Source: Paraphysomonas bandaiensis (lineage: Eukaryota; Protista; Chrysophyceae). Taken from it: DNA of 64,000 bases. Shown in pieces: positions 12,490 to 22,690 of the stretch. The notes under the pieces were generated by a model, which made no database searches, was not told the origin of the DNA, and saw nothing but the letters and a program-made list of their open reading frames with translations. The translations under genes and the position numbers were made by a program. The first letter of the stretch is position 1. Each line of letters begins with the position of its first letter. Location: NCBI GenBank assembly GCA_965644295.1, contig CBFFRP010000059.1:81147-145146 (forward strand), given 5' to 3'.

Positions 12490-13262
12490 TGTGACGCTCT
12501 GGCGTTAAACTATTATTCCTGTGATTGAGATCTGGCTGGTGCTAGCTATGGTTCGGAGCGGGTTGCACTTGTATGGGCTACGCTAGGAAGAGTGAGACCT
12601 CTCGCTGAAGATTTCTATTGTGTTTGTGTATACTATTATTACATTAGAGTCTAACAATGATGAATGCAAGAAGTTAGAGTTCACTGCACTTCACAGGAAT
12701 ATATATGAAGACCGCACAGAGAGTACCAATGGCCTCATAACAAGATGAATGGACCCTCAGATGATACAATGTGTACATATACCATACAGGTCATGTCATG
12801 TATACATACAGATCGTGCTTATGACAAGACTTGGATCTTATACAAGCACGTGTACAATATGCCATACAGTATGCAGGTGATAAAAGTGTGATGATGAATA
12901 TAGATGGTGATACACATACATATAGAGATATCAGAAGGTATGGATGAATATGAATGTACTACATTGATATCTAATTCCTCCTATCTGCAGCTAGAGAAGA
13001 ATTAGTACCAACACCGCATGTGGTGTTATATGTGTGAAGTGTAGTATGTATGCAATAATGGATACAGTGTAATATATGTCATATATGTAGTGTGGGTGAT
13101 ACAGTGATAGTGACAGTGATACACACATATATAGCATATCACTAGTAAGAGGTCTCACTCATCCTAGCGTAGCCCATATACAAGTGCAACTCGCTCCGAA
13201 CCATAGCTAGCATCAGCCAGATCTTAATCACAGGAATAATAGTTTAACGCCACAGCGTTACA
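12490..13262. mobile_element. Non-autonomous TIR element (MITE), 773 bp, ~113-bp TIRs, TGT...ACA termini (Ginger-like)
   Basis: 12490-12602 is the near reverse complement of 13148-13262. The interior is non-coding. No TSD (flanks CTAG / ACGC). Confidence 0.8.
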
Positions 13263-13985
13263 ACGCAGGTTGTAGGTAATTGTAATTGCCATTATTGTTT
13301 GCTGTCCCAATTAATTGGTACTAAACAACGTACTCAAGTAGCTATATACTACCTGCCAGCATATAGCTTGCTCAACTGTTATTTCATACTAGAGGCAACG
13401 ATTGATGCACTAAATTCCGAGGAGTCATACTCTTGCGCAAATCATACTCTGGCAGACGTTGTAAATGAAGCTCCTTTTCCTGAAGCCCGGCGAATTGTAG
13501 AATTCGTCTATCAGTTTCAGAATGAACACATTTGATATGTAGATGGTCCTACCTTAATTAGCTACATGCAGTTTGTACTGCGTATGATTATGTGTAATAA
13601 TGAATATATGCACTTTGATTATGAATAATGTAATAATGAGTATCAAATTGATTGTATTAAAAGACATTTCAATTAATTGACACTTCATTGAAGTAGGCTG
13701 TAGCCAATTATAATCGCAATTACAATAATCAACAATTTATTGCTACGCAGCCCTGTTCACTTGTGGCTAGGTGATATTCAAAAATTCTAGATGACAGCAT
13801 AAATAATGTTTTGCATATAGTAATCAAAAATATTTCTAATTCAGCATATTATGGCTATAAACTAAATTAGACGAGCAGTAGCAATCACGGAATTCATGTG
13901 AACAACATGTGCTGGTATAGAGTAAAGTACGGATTCGATTACCTTGGTTACACTTCGCCTGCTATACCTCATTGTTTTGCAATTG

Positions 13986-15614
13986 CTAGTTGCTCATTGA
14001 TTTGATGAATTCTTCGATCTCTTTGATCTCTTCGAACTCTTCATCCGAAATAATTATACTGTCAAGGTCGTTGGGGCTCACATTTTCAAATCCAAATGGG
14101 AATGACTCCATTCCGGATTCCACTGTAGATTGAAGGCCCATGTTATTGTCATGATGGTTGCTCAAACCATCGCATCCATATCCAGAGTGGACTGTTTGTT
14201 CGAAATGGTAATTCCCACTTTCGTTTCCCATTGTATGTTCGTCTTCATTAGATGAATACGATTGGTCCGAATTCATTCTATCGTTTACTTCTTTTCGAGA
14301 ATTTTCATTTTTTATGCGTTTATTAAAGGTTTTAATATCGTTAATTAGCGACACGTCGCTATCTTGTTTGCGTCTTTTACTCCTTGTGTTTTCAGAGGTA
14401 GGTTCGCTAATGCTACCGTTTTTTTCTTCTCGAGCATTTTCATTTTTTAAGGGTTTATTATTGGTTTCTTTATTTTGCAGCACGTTTTCTCGTGTGCAAG
14501 ATTCGTTGTGAGTGCGCTGTTCAGGCGTGGGCTTGAACCGCACATTTACGGAATGCAATTTATCATATGCAATACTCCGACTTCCGGTTTTCCAAGATGA
14601 AGATGATTGGTCTCGAATGTTGTTCACATTCACCGAATTCATTCCATCGTTTACTTCATTTCCAGTATGTTCATTTGAATATTCATTTACCCCTTGCGAC
14701 AGGTCATTATTTTGTTGGCGACTTTCATCATTTCGTCCACCGCCATTTCTTCCAGGCTTTTTCCTCACTGTTATAGGACCCAATTCTGTAAGTCCAACGC
14801 CAGAGCATTTAGTCGCAATACAAAGCACAACAGGTGGAGGAGCTCTTGTATTTCCTTCCAATCTGAATTGAATTTTCCACTTTTTATTTGTAAATTCTGA
14901 TTTCATCTCAGTTATATTCATCTCAGTTATATTAATATCACTGCGCTCAGCAATGCACGATATTATAAAATCTCTGCCAATGCTTTGTAGCAAGTTATAG
15001 TCCACATTTCCATTCATACTGACAACGAGCGTGATTCGATTGGACTTTTTTCTTGTATAAAAATATGACGAAATGTTACCATTTTTATCACGTTTTGACA
15101 CAATGCCTTCAATGTATTCAACTTGTGGTTTTGCACTTACGACGCGATATCTTCGCAGTGACTTTTTACAATTCAGTTTGCTGCCATCGGTGCTCTCCGC
15201 GGTGCTCTCCGCATGTATACGAAAACTCTTGCCAATAGTCTCTACTTTAGCAAGAAACTCTAAAATACCGCAAGGAGGAATGGCTACACTGTGTGTCGCC
15301 TGTATGTTTGAGTTATATGAGTGAGGAGAGAGGTTTGAGAGGTTTGATCCCTACCAGAATACAGTCCGGATCATATGCGTCCATAAACTTCACTTTAATG
15401 GGACGACCATCCCTGAGGCATATATGAGCATAAAGCAACAGTGTTATATGAATCTGATGTACTTGGTGCGTTGTGGAATGGAGACTCCTGCTGTGGTTTT
15501 GGAGTTAGTCACTTGGATTGTAATCGTATCACCCTCAAACACCAACTCATCTTGGTTTGCGTCTTCTGGATATGATTCATAATCAGGGGTGTTTATGATC
15601 AAGCCTTCAGTCAT
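13986..15614 (-). CDS. Three-exon hypothetical protein (~507 aa), possibly a beta-sandwich DNA-binding protein with disordered acidic C-terminus
   Basis: Exons 15614-15463, 15412-15355 and 15299-13986 join in frame through 50- and 55-nt GT-AG introns. Beta-strand-like N-half, NLS-like RSKRRK and an acidic tail. Confidence 0.65.
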
Positions 15615-15947
15615 TATGGTGGATCTTAAGTAGTATGAAATGAAGTCGACTTGCAGTGATATCATGCATGTGCATCACACTCATATACACACACCCACGC
15701 AAGCCCCAGTACCAGTGGTAGGAAATCTCCAGGACAATTCTGCAATTCAGAATCTTGGAAAGAGTTTGTTGAAAACAATCTAAAAACTACCATTTTTGAG
15801 CACTGCATTTTTAGAATTAGCAAAATACTGGATACGGCTATAAAATCTACTGCTGTACAGTGTACATATTATAAATACTGCATTTCTACTTGGTTTTGTG
15901 TGATCCAAAATGGGAGTTTTTATATATACTGGATATAATACTGTGGT

Positions 15948-16050
15948 ATACCTACACACAGTACCTACCGACAGTACCTACCGACAGTATCTACCTACAG
16001 AGTATCTACCTACAGTACCTACCGACAGTACCTACCTACAGAGTATCTAC
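15948..16050. repeat. Short minisatellite (TACCTAC[CA]GACAG / GAGTATC variants)
   Basis: Directly visible 13-15 bp repeats. Confidence 0.8.
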
Positions 16051-16100
16051 TTACGTATGTCCAAACAGCAGCACATGGACATGCAAATGTGGCTGTCTTG

Positions 16101-16199
16101 CATATCTACCAACACTTGCATTATGCCAGTGCCATTCCCTCCAACAATGACAATTCTTACTGGTATGAATATTTGGTTCACTTTGCAATTGGGATTCAA
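16101..16199 (-). pseudogene. Decayed N-terminus of an A32/FtsK-like viral packaging ATPase
   Basis: Translates LNPNCKVNQIFIPVRIVIVGGNGTGIMQVLVDM, resembling the NPN..I.IP.R..IVG.SGSGKT..L start of PLV/Polinton ATPases. The Walker A Lys is lost. Confidence 0.5.
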
Positions 16200-16317
16200 A
16201 CATTGCAACAATGCATCGCCACCACCACTTTGTTTATATCAATCACAAACTGAATTGTCGTCATGAGATGCTTCTTTCTTCTATTGACTGGCTTGTCACT
16301 TATTTATAAATATAGCT

Positions 16318-17196
16318 TTAGTTTTTTACGTAAGATTTCAGTGTCTGAGCTACGGGAGTGTCTCATCTCCCTTGCCGTTTCACTCATTTCTTCCACAAGA
16401 GGAATATTTTCATATTTGTGAGGTAGAAATTTTATGCCTTTCGCAACATCGATATCCCTACTTTCAACCCTCCAAATAATGAATTGAGTCGTTGTGTTAA
16501 TGTCGCTGGAGTTAATGTGTTTCCGTTTTAGTTAAAAAACACAAATTTTGTATCGATATGTTTTGTAATTTTAAGCCAGCCATTTAGTATTGATTGCACA
16601 TTGCGACTAATATCTATTCGCTGAGTTCCATTCGTGTCTTTTGTTTTATATGTCTGAAACACAAACTGCCTTGACTTCCAATCTACAAAATTAAATTAAA
16701 TTCTGTATAATCAAGAGACCTGCGCGGCAAAAACCCCATAACTCCACTGCGTAATGATAACAGTATAAACGACTGAATTTCTTGCAGCTGGTTCATTGTC
16801 AAGCGCTTTACGTACATCAATTTTGCTATTTTAGGCCAGATTTTAGCATGTACTGCATCTACATCGACATAATCTACCCAGTTACGCTTTTCTCTATCTG
16901 TTTTGGTGTTTTTCATTGCATTGTACGCCTCAATATCATTGCGCATGATTCGATTAAATACATCATCACCCGTCAATATATACAGTGCGGAACATGTGGT
17001 TTTTTGCTTATTTATATTGGGTATGGAGTAGACAATACTCAGTGATGGTTTTGGTATCACTAAAATCGGATGGGTCAAATTTGCCAGTGCCAATGGTATT
17101 ACTGTGTGCTGATTTCAGTAGTGCAAAATATGTACGCAGAGAACTCTCCGAAAGTTTCGGTCCGTTTTGCAATAATTTACGGCGAATCATATCCAT
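16318..17196 (-). pseudogene. Tyrosine recombinase pseudogene, PLV/virophage type
   Basis: Across frameshifts and stops: PKLSESSLRTY, FLPRRSLDYTEF, FVFQTYKTK..GTQRI, LTQRLNSLFGGLKVGISMLRK and EMSETAREMRHS(V)AQTLKSYVKN. These give the catalytic R, K, R, H and Y in the expected order. Confidence 0.85.
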
Positions 17197-17436
17197 TGTT
17201 TCACTTTATACATGTTTTAGTAGATATAATACAAACAATACAAAGCCTCTTAAATTTAGACTGTATTTCAGAATACGCTTTCTTAATCTCGGGACGGGAG
17301 AGTATATATATATAACACACATTCGCCGTTCCAAAAAGAAAAAGTCCTAATCCACAATGTACTCCAGAATACGCTCCAGACAGCATAAATATCATATTGA
17401 ATAAATTATAACGTTACGGAGGGTAAATAAAAAATC

Positions 17437-18816
17437 AGATAAGGTTTATGCCACGTCGCATATAATTTTACAACACTTTTGAGAGACTCAGGTCTTGAAC
17501 GATAAACAATCCATATAAGCGTCAAGTTTTCACCGTCAGCTTTAAGATAAGTCATATATTAAACTGATAGAATCATCACAGTCTCTAATACACAAGTATA
17601 CCATCATGATGTCAATGATACCTTGATAATATCCCGCAAATATAATATTCACCGCATGATGCCATACGCTATCCCCGCGTAACGCGCCATTCCTACAATC
17701 ATTCAATCAACACATACCCCATTATACGCAGATGCAATACAACATAATCAGCATTGCATAGCAACATCAGGTGATTTGTCTGTATATATGGATCAAAATG
17801 CTTGCTCAGTATTATTATATATAATGGAAACTATCGTCACTTGCTGCAGTTGCACACAACTAAACAATTATCATTCGTGTCTACCTCATAATATGAAGTC
17901 ATAACTCACGCGGGCCACATATAGTACATCAGTCTCCCTGAAATTGCTGTTAGACAGACACACACACAAATATCACGCACCAGGTACACATAAGATAAGG
18001 TTTATGCCACGTCGCATATAATTTTACAACACTATTGAGAGACTCAGGTCTTGAACGATAAACAATCCATATAAGCGTCAAGTTTTCACCGTCAGCTTTA
18101 AGATATGTCATATATTAAACTGATAGAATCATCACAGTCTCTAATACACAAGTATACCATCATGATGTCAATGATACCTTGATAATATCCCGCAAATATA
18201 ATATTCACCGCATGATGCCATACGCTATCCCCGCGTAACGCGCCATTCCTACAATCATTCAATCAACACATACCCCATTATACGCAGATGCAATACAACA
18301 TAATCAGCATTGCATAGCAACATCAGGTGATTTGTCTGTATATATGGATCAAAATGCTTGCTCAGTATTATTATATATAATGGAAACTATCGTCACTTGC
18401 TGCAGTTGCACACAACTAAACAATTATCATTCGTGTCTACCTCATAATATGAAGTCATAACTCACGCGGGCCACATATAGTACATCAGTCTCCCTGAAAT
18501 TGCTGTTAGACGGACACACACACAAATATCACGCACCAGGTACACATAAGATAAGGTTTATGCCACGTCGCATATAATTTTACAACACTATTGAGAGACT
18601 CAGGTCTTGAACGATAAACAATCCATATAAGCGTCAAGTTTTCACCGTCAGCTTTAAGATATGTCATATATTAAACTGATAGAATCATCACAGTCTCTAA
18701 TACACAAGTATACCATCATGATGTCAATGATACCTTGATAATATCCCGCAAATATAATATTCACCGCATGATGCCATACGCTATCCCCGCGTAACGCGCC
18801 ATTCCTACAATCATTC
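17437..18816. repeat. ~556-bp satellite, left block (~2.5 units)
   Basis: Near-identical head-to-tail repeats. Confidence 0.97.
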
Positions 18817-21800
18817 AGTTGAACTATAAGGTATAGACTTGGTGAAAAGAGAATAATGATTAGAGATTACACATGTAACATGTTGATACATTGTACTAAG
18901 TGTGTGGATATGCATGCATGTGGTGTAATGTCCATTCATTCAATATACGTCGTACGCATGCAATAGGGAAACTACGGAAGCGAAGTTTATACTTCAACTC
19001 TCCCCCTTAAACTAAGCGTACGTTCGAAATGATATGGAAATGCATGTCTATACTTAATACACTAGAATATCACAGCACACAAGCATTTAAGTAGAGCACC
19101 CAAAAAGAATTGACCTGAAATGTCTGAATTCTGTCTTGCGAAGGGGCTTAGTCATAACATCGGCAATATTGTTGGCAGAATCAACATACACAAAACGAAC
19201 GATATTGTTTTGAACGAGTTGTCGAATGAAATGATGACGAATTTCAATATGTTTAGACCGCTTGTGAAACACTGGGTTGACCGAGAGATTAATAGCAGAT
19301 GTGTTGTCGACTTTGATTTCCAGGGTATCGGGTTGAATGGGTTTTGCAGGTGAGCGCGGGAAAGTCAACTCTGCACAGACTGTGTTATGGGAAATACCTT
19401 CCTTGGATGTATCACCCATAGAATAATACTCAGAATCCATTGTTGACAGGGCTAGAGATTGTTGGAGTTTGGAAAACCATGCAATACAAGCACCAGCTAG
19501 GAGAAATGCAGCTCCGGACTGAGAACGTCGAGTATCTACATCATAATTTGCCCAATTTGCGTCAGAAAAAGCCTGTAGCGTAGGTGGATTGTTGGATTGG
19601 CGCCTATAGGTCAGCTGAAGATCCGCCGAACCTTTCAAATATTTCAATATCTGTACCACAGCATTCCAGTGTTCCCTGCCGGGGTTAGACAGAAAACGTG
19701 CACAACATCCAACGGCAAAAGCAATATCAGGGCGAGTGCACATCATAACATACATTAATTTTCCAACCACTGTGCGATAAGGGATATTCCCCATATAGAT
19801 TTTCTCCTCGTCCGTGCTTGGAGACATCGAGGCAGATAATTTAACATGGTTGGCCATAGGTACTGGAGATGTTGAGTTGATCGGGTGGATCGGGTCCACA
19901 TATTCGATTAAGTCGTTGATGTATTGACACTGAGAGAGTTGGACTGTGTGTCGATCCTTCGATGTGTGAATACGGATCCCAAGAAACCACTCGAGGGGAC
20001 CTAAATCGTTAGTACGAAATTTTTGGTGTAATAACACGCAAAATTTATTCAATAGGCTAATGCTGGATGCAGCAATGGCAATATCATCAACATATACGCA
20101 TATAATGACGAATCCATCATCAGATTGGTGATAAAATACACACGTATCTGAGGTACATTGTGTAAATGATATGGATAATAAAAATGCAGTCATCATATTA
20201 TGAAATAGTCTACTAGCCTGTTTAAGACCATAGAGAGACTTTAACAGTTTATAACACTTGCCTCGTGGGAGTCTGCTGCCTGGGGGTGCTGACATATAGC
20301 AATCATAGTCAATGTCAGACTGTGGAAAAGCCTTTGGCACATCCAAATGGTGAACATATAGTCCATAATGAGCACATAATGCAAGAACAATACGTAATGT
20401 CGAATGTCGAACTACAGGGGAGAATGTCTCATCATAATCGACACCATGGATTTGTGTGTAACCCTTGACTACGAGTCTTGCTCGATAACGCACTATGTTG
20501 CCATCTTTGTCAGTTTTCTTCTTGAAAACCCACTTTGATCGCATTAAGTTTGCATCAGGAGGGATATCCACTACTTTCCATGTTCCCTGCGCCTGGAGTC
20601 CAGTTAACTCCTCTTGCATAGCTTCCTCCCATTTAGCATTGTCTGCACTCCGTTGTGCAGCAGCATAGGATAGAGGAGCATCGAACACAGCAAAAACATT
20701 GTAGCTGTCGTCCCTACCAGGAGCTGAATGAACCATGATCGTGGGCTCGTAAGCTGTAGTCACTAGAGCTAGATGGAACAGAAGTCGCTCGACTGGCTTG
20801 CGTGATCGCGTCGATCGTCGCACAATAGGGATGTGTGTATCTCTTTCTCGTGGCTGCCGCGAAGTTGTACCCGTCGAGGTGAAGGAGCGACCTTCAGTCT
20901 GAGGGACCACATCGGGAGCTGGCTGTAACACGATTTCTGAAGAAGCTAACCCGTCGGCTGCTTCAACAGATTTCTTGTCAAGCTCATATATAACATCGGG
21001 TTTGTGACATTGTATGGAGGGATCATTCCCGTCGGTATCCTCCTCCTGTACAAGTTCATCATCGGACTCATCATGGATCCGCTCCCGTGCTTGGAAAGGT
21101 GACACTAGTTTAAAGGCATGCTGAATGAATCTGACATCCGCAGTCTCGAGGACCATGCCTGTGCTCGGTCTATACACTTTATACGTGGACCGTGAGTATG
21201 GGACATATCCCACAAAACGAACAATTTCGCCAGGGTTACCGCCTTGCGATGACGAGAAATGTAGGTTGTGATAATAACATTCCATGCCATATACATGTAG
21301 ATTAGCGATAGTCGGGGGTTGACCATGCCATGCTTCCCATGGTGTCATTCCAAGGGAGCGAGAAAAATTCAATGCATGCAATAATATGACATGTGTCGCG
21401 GATAGAGGCCATGTCCGCTTCGGCAAACCAGAATATGTTCTGAGGCAGCGCTCCTTCTCTGCTGTGGTTCTGTTTCCACGCTCAATAGTACCAGAGTACC
21501 GTTTGTTACCGGCCGGACTGGGCATATGGCGTATGTTGTTACGGAGACAGTAATTCTTGAAGTCCTCATTGATAAACTCAGTGCCCGGATCAGAAAGCAG
21601 AATAAAATCACGTACACCGTAGGGAAATACTTCTTCAAGAACAAAGCGATGGAGACCTTCTACCAATGCATCAGACTTCTTCTTTAGAAAATAAATGAAC
21701 ATCATGGTGGAAAAGTCATCTAAAAACAACATCCAATAACGCACGCCACCAATACCACGAGTCATAAATGGTCCTTTCAGGTCCACATGAATGATCTGAG

Positions 21801-22690
21801 CCGGGTATTCCGCACGCATACGTGGGGACTTGGACGGTCGAGAGCGTGTTGATTTGGAAATATAATCGACTTCGCAGTGTGGTAATTGATTGATATCAAT
21901 AGAGCGCCATGAGTATGGAAAACCAGTGATCTTGCCATGTCGGAGGGCATCATAAAGAATGGAGTACGCCGGATGGCCTAATTGGAGATGGAGTAATAAG
22001 AACGCATGTGCAGCCTTCGAGATGACCGGTGCCATTGTACTGCAATTAGGAGGCGTCTTAACGTTACTATATCTGCTGCGGTCGCGACGAACACACTGAC
22101 GTTTGGACGGAGGGGTGTGAACTGTGCCGTCAGCAGAAGACTTTCTAGCATTGGTACATGGGGTAGGACAATATGACACAGAAAAACCACAACAGTAATG
22201 ACCAAATTGGCAGTGTATATCCTCCAAATCTCGTTTTTTCTTGAAAGCTGAAAAATTGGGATTTTTGTAACAAGTTTCTGGAGAATGTGTACATTTTTTG
22301 TGACAATGCGGACACACTGATTTTTGTTTGGAAGAGGGTAACGCGCTTGTTTCATAGAGAGGTAGCAACAAAAAATCAGTGTGTCCGCATTGTCACAAAA
22401 AATGTACACATTCTCCAGAAACTTGTTACAAAAATCCCAATTTTTCAGCTTTCAAGAAAAAACGAGATTTGGAGGATATACACTGTTTGCGTTGTGGCCA
22501 ATTTGGTCATTGAACTATAAGGTATAGACTTGGTGAAAAGAGAATAATGATTAGAGATTACACATGTAACATGTCGATACATTGTACTAAGTGTGTGGAT
22601 ATGCATGCATGTGGTGTAATGTCCATTCATTCCATATACGTCGTACGTATGCAATAGGGAAACTACGGAAGCGAAGTTTATACTTCAACT
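18817..22690 (-). mobile_element. Rearranged Ty1/Copia LTR retrotransposon inserted in the satellite
   Basis: ~183-bp LTRs at 18817-18999 and 22510-22690, with 3 mismatches seen. CATTC duplication at 18812-18816 and 22691-22695. PPT at about 19000-19010. IN-RT-RH order. No PBS. Confidence 0.95.
19087..22371 (-). CDS. Truncated Copia polyprotein (Zn-knuckle remnant, integrase, RT, RNase H); no protease motif, most of gag missing
   Basis: LHLQLGHP, IIHVDLKGP, SDPGTEF, IERGNRT, KSLYGLKQA, VYVDDI, FSDANW and KHIEIRHHF are present. No DSG/DTG-like protease motif upstream of integrase. Confidence 0.9.
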   Translation of the reverse strand: MLLPLYETSALPSSKQKSVCPHCHKKCTHSPETCYKNPNFSAFKKKRDLEDIHCQFGHYCCGFSVSYCPTPCTNARKSSADGTVHTPPSKRQCVRRDRSRYSNVKTPPNCSTMAPVISKAAHAFLLLHLQLGHPAYSILYDALRHGKITGFPYSWRSIDINQLPHCEVDYISKSTRSRPSKSPRMRAEYPAQIIHVDLKGPFMTRGIGGVRYWMLFLDDFSTMMFIYFLKKKSDALVEGLHRFVLEEVFPYGVRDFILLSDPGTEFINEDFKNYCLRNNIRHMPSPAGNKRYSGTIERGNRTTAEKERCLRTYSGLPKRTWPLSATHVILLHALNFSRSLGMTPWEAWHGQPPTIANLHVYGMECYYHNLHFSSSQGGNPGEIVRFVGYVPYSRSTYKVYRPSTGMVLETADVRFIQHAFKLVSPFQARERIHDESDDELVQEEDTDGNDPSIQCHKPDVIYELDKKSVEAADGLASSEIVLQPAPDVVPQTEGRSFTSTGTTSRQPRERDTHIPIVRRSTRSRKPVERLLFHLALVTTAYEPTIMVHSAPGRDDSYNVFAVFDAPLSYAAAQRSADNAKWEEAMQEELTGLQAQGTWKVVDIPPDANLMRSKWVFKKKTDKDGNIVRYRARLVVKGYTQIHGVDYDETFSPVVRHSTLRIVLALCAHYGLYVHHLDVPKAFPQSDIDYDCYMSAPPGSRLPRGKCYKLLKSLYGLKQASRLFHNMMTAFLLSISFTQCTSDTCVFYHQSDDGFVIICVYVDDIAIAASSISLLNKFCVLLHQKFRTNDLGPLEWFLGIRIHTSKDRHTVQLSQCQYINDLIEYVDPIHPINSTSPVPMANHVKLSASMSPSTDEEKIYMGNIPYRTVVGKLMYVMMCTRPDIAFAVGCCARFLSNPGREHWNAVVQILKYLKGSADLQLTYRRQSNNPPTLQAFSDANWANYDVDTRRSQSGAAFLLAGACIAWFSKLQQSLALSTMDSEYYSMGDTSKEGISHNTVCAELTFPRSPAKPIQPDTLEIKVDNTSAINLSVNPVFHKRSKHIEIRHHFIRQLVQNNIVRFVYVDSANNIADVMTKPLRKTEFRHFRSILFGCST

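Noticed and set aside
12440-12490. Helitron 3' end (GC-rich stretch plus CTAG|T)
   Set aside because: The CTAG is a recurring part of the ~84-bp repeat, the T belongs to the adjacent TIR, and the other copy continues CTAG-A.
13299-13535. 78-aa ORF after the TIR element
   Set aside because: Non-ATG start and no recognisable family. It may be a decayed fragment but cannot be supported.
17197-17235. TCTA-type giant-virus late promoter upstream of the recombinase
   Set aside because: A 4-nt motif in AT-rich DNA is not distinguishable from chance.
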